From: the human T2T-CHM13v2.0 reference genome, Homo sapiens
Length of the DNA stretch: 64,000 nucleotides
Strand: one strand, 5' to 3'
Assembly (NCBI RefSeq): GCF_009914755.1
Contig: NC_060947.1
Position 1 is the first letter of the stretch; each line of letters opens with the position of its first letter. The position numbers and the translations under genes are program-made. The notes under the pieces were generated by a model, which worked only from the letters and a program-made list of their open reading frames with translations, searched no databases and was not told the origin of the DNA. Shown piece after piece: positions 1 to 16,030 of the stretch.

Positions 1-198
1 CCCCACGGTAAAGACAGATTGGATTCGGAATTTACCCTCCTCCAAGACAATCTCATTTTAACTATTGTTTTTGAATACAGCAATAATTACATCTGCAGTG
101 ACCCTGTTTCTAAATAGTGTCACATTCTGAGGTGCGCTGTTGGTGAACACTGCAACCTGTGAATTTGTGGAGGAGGGGGCACACTTCAACTCATAACA
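1..198 (-). mobile_element. MaLR MLT1-type LTR fragment
   Basis: taattacatctgcagtgaccctgtttctaaatagtgtcacattctgagg ... ggcacacttcaactcataaca, typical of the reverse-strand MLT1 5' end. Confidence 0.7.
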
Positions 199-2501
199 GT
201 CGGTTTGGGATTTCAAGTTGGGTTTTAAGCTTCGTGCCCTTGATATCAGATTGTATATATTCTGGAACTTGATTATTTGAAAAGGAAACCCCAGTTCCTA
301 GGCCCCGTCCTCCCAGAGATGCATGTATTCGATTGGAGGGAAAACCAGTCTACGATCCTCTAGGCTTGAGTTCTCTCACAGCTGGCCTGGTAGGGTAGAA
401 TGTACGCATTGGAGCCACACAGAATGGCTCGAGCTCTGATCCTCGAACAAGTCTGAGTGAGGCCTGTTCATTTGAGCCTGGGTTTCCTTGCCCAGGCAAA
501 TGTGCTCAAATACGTCAGGCACGTAGCACATTGTAAGTGCGTGCCTTCCCCATCCAAGCCTGGGTCTCTGTCCCTTGCGCTCCCAGCTAGTGTTATTCAT
601 GGAAAGTACACATTCTTTTCTGCATATATATTAGATGCCTGTGATTGGCTGTTGCCAGAACATAGTATAGGAAGTTGGTATACAAAACAAAATATGTACT
701 GCCTCACTCTGGAAATCAGGGAAATGATAACCGCTCTGCTAATACCTCAACCTCGGCTCTTAGAGGAGCACAGGTGATCTCCTGCCTCAGAGCCCATAGC
801 TTTCCAGAGGTGCCTGCAAATGGAAATCCATGTACCAAACCCTGCTTCCCTGTCGACTTGTGGCATGGAATTTGAGATTCTTTCCATTTAGCAACACCTC
901 TGCACAAGGACACGATGAAGGCCAAAGAGACTCACAGCTCTTGTGTAAACAAGTCCCAGGCTGGAACTGTCCGGTGTGAAGGACCACGTGCTCCGGTAAC
1001 CTGGAGACAGAGCCATGCTGCTGGCTGGTCCCCAGGGGGCCACGGAGCATGAGCTTTGCTGGCTTCTTGAAATAAACACAGAAACCCCCATCCCTCCCCA
1101 GAAAGGTCGGCTTCCTTATTCAGTGTTTGTTTATGAAGCTTCTGTAACCAGGCAGCTGAGAGGGAGAGTTGGAGCACAACAATGCATAGACCTTGGCAAA
1201 TGTCAACTTTGTGTAACATCTGTGAGCTCCATTCCTGATTCATCAGTGTCACTGAAGTATAATAACACTTCTTAGGCAGAGTTGATATTGAAGAGAGAGA
1301 CTATTACACCTTCTTCAGCTCACTGTGTGTATTGTGGAACTTTTTAGAGCACCCTACAAGGTTGTATTCAAAGGAAGGAGGGAGCAAAGAAATACTTAAT
1401 GTTGAAATGTTCATTCTGGGGTTATTTTCTATGTTCGTCTCAAGTCCTAAAGTTTTGGTTAGGTCAATAGTCATTGAGCCCCCATCAAGAAAGCACACCT
1501 TCTCAGCCTATCACTGTCTCCCTTCTACCTTAAATAAAAAGGAAAACATTTCCCTGATCATGCTTCCTCCTCAAGCACCTGTACTCTTACTCCTGCACCC
1601 CACCAAACTCATTAAAAACAGGTTCTGCATCTCAGAAGATGATTCATTCCTCAGCTCCCTCCACTCTGGCTTTCTCCACTAGAAGTTGTCAGTAAATTCT
1701 GGGTTCCCAGATCCACTGATCTTACTGCAACTGGCATTCCTCCTTCCCTGGTCATCCCTCCTTACCTGTGTGTGGCAGGAAGCGGGTGGGGGTGGGCAGT
1801 GAGGCAGGGAGTAGGTGTTTCCCTGCAGTGCGGCAGGACAGCTGCTTCCCTGGAAGGTCTGCTGGAACACTCAACCCCACCTTCCAGGTACAGTGACGGA
1901 CAAGTTTTCCAGAGTCACCAAGCATGTGGCCTGAGCCCTGCTTCTCTGCCCTGGACCCAGCAGACCAGGTTGCCGCTCCTGTCCATCCATTCATCTCCTT
2001 CACCAGTGCCTCTCTTCCTCCCCTCTGCCAGTATCCATGGTGTCAGTTAGGATGTATTAGGCTGCAAGGAGGAATCTTCAGTGGAGCACTGATGGCCTCA
2101 GACAGCCGGGAAGCAGGGTGTTGAAGAAGGATCCAAGACACATCTCTTCAAACTCGGAAAAGAACCTCAAAAACAGATGTGTTTTGTTCTCTGCCCACAA
2201 CAGGCAGAAGTCAGGTCATCTGGCTTTTAGCAAACCACATATATTTCCCTACCTGTGTGGATTAGTGGATTTTCATTGTTGCCCTTGTTACTTGTCCAAA
2301 GCAAGGGCTTTGCCCATCAGAAGCACTCAATAGCTGTTACCCACAGGCGACATCTCATAGCAGCAGACTCATGGCAGTCTGAAAGAGGAAACTGGTTAAA
2401 GCAAGAATGTTAAGTAGTAGGGAACTTTTGCATTACCAAGCTCTAGTGCCAAAATGGATTTGTTGGTTTTTGCATGAGTTCAGCAGTGTGGCTTTGACGA
2501 G

Positions 2502-2854
2502 TGATATGGTTTGGCCATATCTCATCTTGAATTGTAGCTCCCGTAATTCCCACATGTCATGGGGAGGGACCCAGTGGGAAGTAAATGAATCATGGGAGCA
2601 GGTTTCCCCGTGCTGTTCTCGTGAAAAGTGAATAGGTCTCACGAGACCTGATGGTTGTGTAAAGGGGAGTTCCCTTGCACACCTTCTCTTTCCTGCAGCC
2701 ATGTAAGATGTGACTTTGTTCCTCATTCACCTTCTGCCATGATTGTGAGGCCTCCCCAGCCATGTGGAACTGTGAGTCCATTAAACCTCTTTCCTTTGTA
2801 AATTACCCAGTCTCAGGTATGTCTGTATTAGCAGCATGATAATGGACTAATACA
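2502..2854 (+). mobile_element. THE1 (THE1B/C-like) MaLR solo LTR
   Basis: TGATATGGTTTGG...GGACTAATACA termini; hallmark ccatgattgtgaggcctccccagccatgtggaactgtgagtccattaaacctc. Confidence 0.9.
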
Positions 2855-3367
2855 GTGTGTGAGTCCATTGGCCTCTGTCTTACGGGATCCATTGCCTGGT
2901 CACTTGTGCTATCTGGGCAGTTTTTAAGAATCACATGGTGGCCATGTGCCTTTCCCGTGAGCTCGTGTTACCATCCCAGGAGGAGAGAAGCAAGGGAGCG
3001 AGCCCCTAGAAATGTGCACAGCCTGCACCTGCTGTAGTGAGCAGCTCCCCCAAATGCTGGGGGAGTCGTGAGTTGTGTGCCCCCGCATATTTCTGAATAC
3101 AGCCAGGGAAGTGGAAGTCCATTTTCCACTTAGTATGGAAAGAGAGAAAATTTGGCAAGTGAGTCCCTGTAAACATATTATTTCCTCTGGGACTTCATCC
3201 CAAAATCCAAACTATAAAGAAAACATGTTCTCCCAGACCCACATTTTTGGCATAAATTAAATAATTCACAGGAACTTGCAAAACGGTATGAGGAATACAG
3301 GGGGACAGAACCACAGATTCAAACTGAATTTAACTGAGAAAGAGCTGCCTGCAAGATAATCGGGTGA

Positions 3368-3728
<361 letters not shown>

Positions 3729-3869
3729 AAAAATATTTTTTAAAGAAGTAGAAGATACTGTCTGAAGAGGAAAGAGGGAAGGAATGCGCGGAGCTGGCTT
3801 GAGCATAGTCAACACACAGGACAGTTCTGTCACCCTCAAAATTGCCTTGTATCCCTTTGTACTCAGCTC

Positions 3870-4290
3870 CTCTTCCACCCCCACCCTGCCCCGGCAACCA
3901 CCACTGCTCTGTCCCTAGAGTTTTGCCCTTGCAAGAATGGCATAGAGATGGCATCACATATTGTGTGGTCCTGAGAGTGTGACGTCTTTTCACTCAACCT
4001 TATGCATTTGAGATTCATGCATGCTGTTGTGTGCACCAGCCATTCATTCTTGAATAGCTAAGTGGTGTTCCATTTTGAATGCTGTTTCTGCGATTTGTTT
4101 ATGCATCCTCTTGTGGAGGGACATTTGCGTTCTTTCCAGGTTTTGGTGATTCCAACATAAAGCTACAAAAAAGATTTTCATACAGGTCATTTGTATGAAC
4201 GCAGGTTTTCATTTCTCTTGGGTAAATATCTTGGAGTGGGGTTGCTGGGTCGTGTGACAAGTGTAGGTTTCACTTTACCAGAAACCAGTG
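3870..4290 (-). mobile_element. Old L1 (L1M) 3' fragment
   Basis: ggcaaccaccactgctctg..., ttgagattcatgcatgctgttg, ttttcatttctcttgggtaaata...gagtggggttgctgggtc. Confidence 0.75.
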
Positions 4291-5439
4291 CATTCTTTTC
4301 CATCTAAGGCAGAGGCAGGACACGTCGTAAACATGACTGGTTTTATAGACGTGAGTTGAGTCACAGAACTCCTCTGCCTGTCGCACAAGGCATACTGGAA
4401 AGTATGTAAAGGGACGTTAGCTCTGGCGTATATATCTGCAGGACGCTCATGAAGTGTGATTCTTCCTTTGAGGATTTGCAGCTAGCCTTCTGGACTAATT
4501 TCATGAACCTGTCAGGGTCACAGTTTCCATGGGCCGACATGAATGTAGCCCAGGTCGGCTGAATGACAGAGCGTCCTTGTTTGCATACCTTCCCCTCCTT
4601 AAGCAGTGCCGTTGGTCTAACCTTCTGCTTAAAAATAGAAAACTCTATACAGCCTCATCAGCCCTCCGGTGGATAAGCCCAGGCATCTGGGCAAGGCAAA
4701 GGCCAGGCTTCCAGATAGCAGGATTCCGCAGGCTGGGCCCTGTGGCGGCCACGAAAGCTCTCTGTGCATTTGCCCACATACCCATGGTATCAAAGTCATC
4801 GAAAACCCAGCGAAGTATTTCCCTACCTGGAGCTTTGTGACTGACGTCCACACACCACCAGGAACAGGCAGACAAGTTAATAAAAACCATGTGATGATGG
4901 TGGTGGCGACAGTACTGAAGAAAAAGAAACACAAGTAGAAATGGAATTTCACTAACGTTGTGTCCGGCACAGGGATGTTACCAAGTTCCGTGTCCATGAC
5001 GGCAGTAATTTTAAACACTGTAGCTACTAAAAGGAGCTTGTCACCATAATAAATGGTAAAAATCCACTTCTCACACACGCTGAATTCCCAGAGTGAGGAA
5101 CTTCTGGCTTAGCTCTAAAGATTTAAAGACCCTAGAGGATGGTTGAAATCTCCTTATTCAGTGGAACTTATGTTCTGATTTGCCCTGATTCGTAGCTGAG
5201 AGGCCAATTTATTATACATTTTTCTTGCCTCCATTAACGTCACCAAACATGGGTTATTCAGAGTGAGAGTATCACTAGTTATCAAAAGTGAGCATCTACA
5301 CTCTGGGCACTCTTGTTTTCCTAAAGAGCCCATTTCTGCACACCTGACTAGCTGGGTAGAAGTAGGCATGCTTCTTTTATTTACATAACGTATATATGGC
5401 TCTGTGTTATATGTCATCCTTGCTCATAAGGAGGATAGT

Positions 5440-5749
5440 TGCTATGGTCCCAATGTTTCTGTTCCCCCGAATTCCTATGTTGAAATCCTAACCCCCAAGG
5501 GGATGGTATTTGGGGGTGGGGCCTTTAGGAGGTGATGAAGTCATGAGGAGAGCTCCTTTGCCCCTTCTACCATGTGGGAACACGGTGAGAAGGCACCATC
5601 TATGAATCGGGAAGCGGGTTCTCACCAGACACCCAATCTGCCACATGTTGATCGTGGACTCCCAGCCTCCAGAACTGTGAAACACACATGTTGTTTATAA
5701 GCCACCTACTCTATGTATTTTGGTAGAGCAGCCCGAACAGAGTAAGATA
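5440..5749 (+). mobile_element. MLT1A-like MaLR solo LTR with 5-bp TSD ATAGT
   Basis: TGCTATGG start; gactcccagcctccagaactgtga; ATAGT at 5435-5439 and 5750-5754. Confidence 0.85.
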
Positions 5750-5869
5750 ATAGTGAAGTAGTACATCCACATGCCCAGACTTTCAGGGTTGTGAATATAA
5801 CTTAGTGACATTTGTCATTCATTTCGTGAAGCTTCCATGCCAAGAAAATCATTAATAAGAAAGATTTCT

Positions 5870-6140
5870 ACCCAGTGTGGAGGCCCACGCCTATAATCCC
5901 AGCACTTTGGGAGGTTGAGGTGGGTGGATTGCTTTGAGCCCAGGAGTTCAAGACCAACCTGGGCAATAAATACAAAAATTAGCCGGGTGTGGTGGTTCAT
6001 GCCTGTAGTCCCAACTACTCAGGAGGCTGAGGCGGGAGGACTGCCTGAGCCTGGGAGGTCAAGGCTGCAGTGAGCCATAATTGTGCTATTGCACTCCAGA
6101 GTGGGTGACAGAGTGAGACCCTGTCTGAAAAAAAAAGAAA
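5870..6140 (+). mobile_element. Alu
   Basis: cctataatcccagcactttgggagg ... gacagagtgagaccctgtct plus A tail. Confidence 0.9.
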
Positions 6141-6904
6141 GAGTCTTGCTGGGTGACACACTTCACCTGCAGTGCTTCTCTCTGGTGGCGATGCCATTCA
6201 GGTGAGTTAGCCTCAGAGGAGTGCATGGAAGAGTGAGTGAGACCTCAGCGGCCTCCTCTTTCCACAACAAACCCAAGCACAGAGATAAAAGGCTGTGCTG
6301 AGCGCCCACCAACACGCAGCGAGGTTATACTGTCCAAAAAGAGTACCTGGCAGATGACCCAGCAAGTTCACAGCGGGTAAGCTGGCGTGGGTCTCGGTTA
6401 GAGTGAGGTGGAGCGGAGGGGAAGGTTCCCTGTTCTTCAACACTTTCTACAGAAACATAAGACTGAGGGTGAAGTGAGATCCCCTCTGAAAAAGCACCAG
6501 GTGTCTTGTGGGGGCCTGATGCTGAGGGATGGGTTGTAGCTCATGCCCTGTAGAAGAGAACACTGTTCAAAGCCAACCAGTCTGGATTCAAGAGGGGTCC
6601 TGGGAGCTTCAGTCTGTCCGTGAAAGAAGCACTTCCCTGAGGCTTCCCTGTGTTCCAATGCCCTTCATATCCTAGGCCTCTGAACAGGGTGCTGTCAGTC
6701 GAGTGGGATTCATCATCCTCAAGTTTTTGCCGGAGTGGAGGCCAGGCTGTGTGCTGGGCTGATCTCCTCCTGTTGCATCTGTGAGCTGCTGTTGTGAGGA
6801 CAGTGGCTTGAGAGAGCTGAACAGAAAGACATGCCCCCTCCTTCCAAGACTGACCTCACACTTTAGGGGAGCAGTACAGTGTCCTTTAGAACACCTCAGC
6901 GGAA

Positions 6905-7626
<722 letters not shown>

Positions 7627-7879
7627 AGGGGGAGGTCATGGTATTATAGGTGAGAAGTTCCATGTGTAGATTGTTTTTCAGAGTTTAGAAAATTAGTCTC
7701 AAAGGGAAGAGAGAACCACCTGTATTCACAGTAATATTAATATTACTAATATTACATGATAAGGGCTTTTTCATAGTCCCATATAAGTGTTTGGGGCAAA
7801 TCCCTGGCACAGCTAGTATCATTTGTAAGCTACATTGGTGTCTGACAAAATCCAGTTATTTAAAAAACAGAAAACAGTG

Positions 7880-8830
<951 letters not shown>

Positions 8831-9393
8831 AAAGACTATACCAAAAATGTAATTCAATGTTTCTATTGTCTGCAAAGCTTTGTGTGTGTGATAGATGGTG
8901 GTCCATAATGCAAAGGCAGCCAAGACATTTTTATTATATTTCGCAGGTCATTAGCCATATTGCAGGCCTAGGGCTGGGTGGGGGTACTCTCTTGTGTAAT
9001 GGATTCGAGTGGCAGCCCTATTAACTGAGAAATGGATGGCCACACAGACACTGTGGGGCCGTTGGAAACAGAAGAATCAGCTGGAAGCAAACAGCATTTG
9101 TCATACGGACATTGCTTGAATGTTTGCAGACTGGGGACTGTCGTTTCTGGGTGGGCTGCATTTTTACTGGGGGAAAAAGTCGGTGCATGGCTTCTTCCCT
9201 GCTCATTTACCAGTGAGTCTTAGAATGCTTTTACAATATCCACTTAGAACCTTCAGTGTGGAGGATTCTGTTAGATTTATGTGTTCAGCCTGAGAGAAGT
9301 GGGCAGATTTGAGGGTCTTAACTTCTGAAGATGTTGTGAATGGCCACAACATATAATGCATTAACTCAACATTTTCAGCCCATTCATTGAGAT

Positions 9394-9590
9394 CAGGGTT
9401 TCTTGGCCTTGGCACTATTGACAATGGCGGCTGGATTGTTCTTCATCTTGGGGGGACTGTCCTGAATACTATAGGATGTTCAGCAGCATCCCTAACATTT
9501 GCCCACTCTCTATTACAATGGAGAGAGAGTGGGAAGACATTTGTCAAATGTCCCCTGGTGGGTAAAATCAATGTCAGTTAAGAAGCACTG
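9394..9590 (-). mobile_element. MER20 hAT-Charlie DNA transposon
   Basis: cagggtttcttggccttggcactattgaca ... gacatttgtcaaatgtcccctgg ... gttaagaagcactg. Confidence 0.8.
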
Positions 9591-10090
9591 ATTCATATCC
9601 TTTAGTTGTAGGATTTTTTTTTCCTTCCAACTGGTTTTTCTTGGGAAATGGAGTTTTAATGGCATTCTGATTTCTTTGCCCTTCATCTTGTGTTCTCCTT
9701 GGGCTTCATTTTGATTCCCTTACCTGCAGAACTCAAATAGACGTTCACGGCAAGCAAAATGCAGTCCTTGTTATTATTAAAATTTTGCAGGTATTTTTTC
9801 CCTTGAGGAAGGAGAAAGTCTGCCAAAAGCATTCTCTGGCAGATAATAAAATAATTGAGAGTAGCAGACTTTCCATTTGATTTTTCTTTTTTGGCTTGGC
9901 TCCTGGTGAGTAAGTTAGTTAACCCGGAAAAGGGTGTTACTGAAACTGCCTTTGCAAATATTGTAACGGAAGAAATTATGACAGTGAGAGAAATCTGACA
10001 TGGCTGACTCCATCTTGTCTCTAGCTTCACAGGCTGGCTGTCTTTGCTCATTCCTGGTTAAAATCAACTTAATTAAAAACTGATATTCAA

Positions 10091-10093
<3 letters not shown>

Positions 10094-10156
<63 letters not shown>
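10094..10156. repeat. Pure (AT)~31 microsatellite
   Basis: Directly visible uninterrupted alternating A/T run of 63 nt. Confidence 0.98.
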
Positions 10157-10160
<4 letters not shown>

Positions 10161-11650
10161 GGCCTTGGTGCTTTTTCGCTTCTTGGATCTTGTTTAAGAA
10201 AAATTTTTCTTTGTTTTTCTTCTTAGTCAGCTGAATTATTTCCCCAGTCTGTTTTCTTGCCACTCTTGATGCCCACATGAGAGGACCTAAAGTAATTTCT
10301 GACAGCCCGGGACTCCTTGGGAAAAACACAGGAGGTGCCACATACCCTGTTTTGAGAAAAACCTACGTTTTCCTCATGGAACCCCAGGAATTGAAGGAGG
10401 CTAGATCCCTCTCAAAATCTAAGGCTCTGTTCCGTGTTACCTGATGTATTTTGACTTTGGGAGGTATCAGAAATTACTTTGCAGGAAGAAGAGCTTTTAG
10501 CCTGTGTGTGTAATAACTAGGTAGGAAATATACTTTAAGGGATGGCTAATGGAGTTATGGAAGGATACTCAGCTCTTTGCACTTTTGGATTAGAGAAGCA
10601 TGCTGTCAGCCACCTAGAAGGTATGGAAATATTTCTACCCCACACTGAGAGATGAGACTCCCTTGGGGGATGGGCTGATTGGCTTTGGATTGCCTTGCAG
10701 TGGAATGCAGGGTAAAAGCATTGCACTCTCTTCTCCCATTGCATTCCCCTCTTTTTGGGGATCCAAGATGTCATATAAAAATGGGACCCTTAATTTGGGG
10801 GATCTGTTTTTGCCTTCCAGCTATGCCTGCTTATTAGGCCCTAGAAACTACATGCTCTCCTGGCTCTGTTTCTGTAAGGGCTCCACCCTGAAGCCAGTAA
10901 TCCAATGAAGAAACTTAAAAATTGAAAGATAAAAAAATCATATAACTACCGGATCCCCTTCTGTCTGTGTATTTATATGTGTTGTGTGTGTGATGTTTAT
11001 ATAAAACATGTTAATGTTCCTATTAGTTGACTTTTAAAGAAAAAAAGTGCTAAAAAAAAATTGTCAGAAAAATAGAAACATTAATGCATTTAGGTCACGT
11101 GACTCTAATCTTTGAAAAATAAAGGCAATTTAAAATATTATTGGTAAAGTAAAATGTCTTCAACATTTATACATTTGGTCTAAATTAGGCAGGTCAGATA
11201 CTGTTTGCTAGATGCTTTAAGCCCATAAACTGCTTCTGTGATTTTTAATAATTGTTTGACTTGTCTGTTTTACAGCCATTGGATTCTAGATAAGGCCTGG
11301 GGACACGTGGAATTAGCCAGGTGCCCTAGCTAGGCTGGGAAGAGTCAGACATTGTCTGCAGCTCTGTCTTTGTCCTGGGCTCTATAATCTAATACATGGT
11401 TAAAATTGCTTACCTATCAGATATTACACCACAAATTAAAGCTACTGAGAATTAACATTGTAATATACTGGAGAAACAATTTTACTTATAAGGTATACAA
11501 GGAAAATAGAATGTATTTTTGGTAAAATGTTATAAGAAGGTATGGAAATACGGTTTTTGTTAAAGGGAAGGTAATGTTGTCTAGTTCAGGGGATTTTAAG
11601 GATCGTCTTAACCTAAAAGAGCGATAAGACAAAACTGCAAGTTTAAACAA

Positions 11651-11896
<246 letters not shown>

Positions 11897-14800
11897 ACAA
11901 GCTATAAAGGGTTTGTGAAGGATTGATCTTGTAAAGGAAGTTCTGTGTGTATGAGGAAGTTGGCTAAGATTTGAAGGAGATTATTTCAGTTTTTGGTAAA
12001 TTAAACATTAAAATAAAAGCACACTGATACAGGGCTCAAATCTGGGCCCATGTGTCTGAATAATGGTTTTCTTAGGAAATTAATCAGCTGTTTAACAGAA
12101 AATTATAAAGGGTTTTAAAAGGTTTTTGAAAATTTTACCTGATGGTCAAACGAATTAAGATTATATAGATTTGTTTATAAGGTTTTATTAAGAATTGGGT
12201 TTAACATTAATAGTACACAAATGCAAAGGTGAAATTTTGCTTTTTCTTTTAAACAAGATTTTCGTGTAATATTAAGGGATACAAAAGGTTTTTGTTTGCC
12301 CCTTTGAGTAAATGGCAGGGAAAAGGAAGAGGGGAAAGGAAAGAGATTCAGTTGGCTTCATGCTGTCTTCATTGGGTCCTGTTGTTTGGAAAGCTGAGGC
12401 TCCTATCAAAGTAAAGATTTTTTCCTTCGTAAAATTTTTGAGTTATCATTTTGGCTAAATGAATGACTTAGGTATGGTGACCTGGGATTCTATTTTGTAA
12501 TATCTAATGTTTTAAACCTTTGATATTTGACAAACTTGCCAAGATCAAATTCTAGGTTATGTTTTAAAAAAAAATTAGGACACCTAAAGTCCAAAAGAGA
12601 TATATTTGGCTTATTCAATATATTAAAACCATGCAGGAAGCATTGTCAAATATAAAATGGTGTTTAACTTTCTTTGGGTTATATTCATATAAATATGTTA
12701 TTAGTATGTGTTACAAACTTGTGTAAGATTCCTATAATTCTGATGTTTCAGTGTATGTTATCATTAATAATTATAATTGTTATGTTAAATTGTGTGTCAC
12801 AGAGACGACCAGAATTCCTTGTTGATTGCATCTTTATGGCTGTCCTGAGACTTGTGTCATCCATAGACAATTATTGTCTTGTGTTGCTCCTTTTCAGAAG
12901 GCAGTTGTTATATTCAGCTATAGGACTCTGACAGGTACTCTTGAATGTGGGTCTCTGATAAGTTTAGAAATTGTGCCATTGGAATAGGAAAAAAAAAAAA
13001 AAACTTTTGGGACTCTCGTGGAGAGCTGATGTGTTAAACATTGCTAATCCCTTTGTTATTCAGAATCAAGAAAATGTTTTCTTTTTAGCTGTTTACCACT
13101 TTTAGCAATTGAATAAGATAAACTTGTGCAAAATTTACTGTGAGCAAAATTTGGAGCATGTTACTTTTTCTCTACCTGATTTCTGCAGAATTTATAGAAA
13201 CTATTTGAGTATTCTCAACTTATGGCAGTATAGTTATTTGCATAAGTGCAGTAAGAATCTGTTCTCTTTTGTAACAGAACAGAATTAGAAACACTGGTTA
13301 TTTTACCAAGGCTTTGACTGGAATGGCATGCATTCAAATATAAACAGACTGCTTTAAGGAATCAAAGTTGACTTACAGAGCCAACAAAAGCCCCTCAGGA
13401 AAACGCCTCATACCTTGTGCGGTTTCTGTACAGGGTTCCTGACTTGTGGTAAGTAAAGAATGTCATTTTCTGGCAGGCCTAGGGAGCCCCAAGTTATCTT
13501 GAGACCTTGGGTGGAGGAAAGAGCCTATTATGGCAAATAATTCTTCTTGCTGCACTTTATACAAATAATCAGTCCAAGCATAATAAGACTAAGACTTATT
13601 TTGCAAGTAAATTTGTCTTACTATGATTTGTCTTTAATAAAAATGGGGACTAGAGAGAGAAAAATTATGTTTCAAAAAACTATAAACTTCTTGAGTTTTC
13701 ATTATCTTCTGTTAACACTGAATTCTTTGTGGGCTACAAGTCCCCAAACTAATGCTTTCAAATTTTTCTTCCACTTTTCTAACTTGGACTCAGTAAAATG
13801 CTACTACCTTGTTCCTGAGGCCCTGCAAGCTGAAGCTTATTCCTCGTAATATAGGCGACAAAAACGTTTCAGATTTTCACTGCCTGCCTCATCTATAACG
13901 AAAGAGGCCTAACCCACCTGCATTGCCACCTCCTGATATGGGAAACAGCTGTTTAATTAAACATCTAGTCTCAGGACTAGGAAACTGACCTAAAAAGAAT
14001 ATGGGATGATATATGTAAAATGTGTTCTTTCCTGTCCATCCCAATCTGTCTGTCTAACAACCACTGGCCCAAATCTCTCTGCTAGCCGCCCCATGTCTGA
14101 TTGGTTCTCAGAGATGTTCACCTGGGTCCCTCAGAGCTTAAGGTCCAGTCTACAAAGGCTTCGGAAGCTAGGACTTCCACTCTTTATCCTAGGACCTTAT
14201 AGCTCACTGTTCACTTCAATGCTGTGCCAAAACTACAGATGACCATCCTAATGCCTTTGTCATGCAAGCCCTGAAACCCCAACCAGGCACATGTGAGTAC
14301 ATGCAGACAGCTGCAAAGGGGTTCCACTCCTTTTACCTTGGGGTCTGCAGCTACACCCACTATGCCCACTGTCAGCAGGAAGAAGTTAGGGCAGTCGTCT
14401 CTTCTTTTTCCATCTTCATAGCCCACACCTTAAGAATAAGGTGTTATAAAACCCAAAGGGAGGGATTGAAACCACCTTTGCAAAAATTATAACTGAGAAC
14501 ATGTTGACAGTGAGAGAAAACTGACCTGGCTGACTGTCTTGCTTCTAGCTCACAGGTTGACTGTCTTTGCTCATTCCTGGCCAAGCTAACCTGGGGGAAA
14601 AATTTAGTTTATAGTTTCAATGATAATAGTCCTTCCCCCAAACTAAATGTTGTTGTAAAACTAATGAAAGGCTACCAAATTAGGATGAGAGGGGCTTGAA
14701 TTCTAAATAATTTACCATTATGCCATTATGCCATAATAATTTGCCATTATGCCGGCAGTCAAGATTTGCATCTTCCCCTTGAAGATAGCATCACTGTTGT

Positions 14801-15703
14801 AGAACCTAAGATTGGCCTTTGAGATGTCTTTTCAGGTGTTCGCATTTCTGACAACCAGATTGCCCCACTTGGACCTGCGAACAACCGGTCCTGTGGCCCC
14901 CCCTACTGAGGAATGACTCAGCATAAGAGGACAGCTACAATTCCCTATGATTTCATCTCCAACCCAACCAGTCAGGATGCTCCCTACCCCACCCCACTGC
15001 TCACCAAACTATCTTTAAAAACCCTAATCTCTAAGCCTTCGGAGAGACTTGATTTGAGTACTAATAAAACTCCAGTCTCCCGTACAGCCGGCTCTGCATG
15101 AATTAAACTCTTTATTACAATTCCCCTGTCTTGATAAATCAGCTCTGTCTAGGCAGCAGGCAAGGGGAATCCATTGGGTGGTTACATTACTCTTAATATT
15201 TGTGAATAATTGCATCTACAAAAATGATTAAGTGGCTTTGCCCACTGTAATCCTAGCAGCTGACAAATTACTCTGTAGACTCCACTGTGTTTCCTAGGGC
15301 CATGGAATGCCTTCTTATGCAAGACACGTTTCCATGGATTCAGGAAATCATTTTAATGGTTCAGCTATCTTAATTTAAACAAAAGTTCAGGGCTTATTGT
15401 TCAGCTGAGTCTCTAAAAATATTTTTTGACTGCAGCGGCTCTTTTACATTGCTAATGTGTATCCATGTTTAAAAAAAGAATCTTTATGAAACAGTGAAGG
15501 CCAGCATTTCTTTGAGGTGTTGGCAGTCTTTGCTTTAGGAATAATAAAGGAAAACATTAGTTTCATCAAATAATAAAATAAGGAAGACCTGAATAAAATG
15601 TCCACATTAGTAGAGGATGAAAGTACCCTGAAACTCTGCAAAACAGTAATGTCTCATGCTTTGATGTGATCTCATTAAGTGAGAGCAGCACATTTTGCTG
15701 GTA

Positions 15704-16030
15704 TGTTGGGACCCCCCAAGACCACCCTCAGGCCCAGTGGTTTGCTGGAAGGGCTCACAGGACTCAGTACCTGCCACACTTACGGTTTATTACAGTGAAA
15801 TAATACAGATGAAAATCAGCAAGGGGAAAAGGCATAAGGCACGAAGTCCAGGTGAAACTAGGCACAACCTTGCAGGTGGCCACCCCCAGTGGAGTTACAG
15901 AGAAGCTGTTAATTCTCCCAGAAGAATATATGATTGGCCATGTGCGGGAGAGTGGCCAGCCAGGGAAGCTCACCTGAACCTTGGCGCTCAGGGTTTTTAT
16001 TTGGGGGCCATTCCTGTGGGCATGCGGCCC
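15704..16030 (-). mobile_element. MER21-like LTR fragment
   Basis: ccccaagaccaccctcagg...tttgctggaagggctcacaggactcag ... cagggaagctcacctga; homologous to 42912-43452. Confidence 0.65.
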
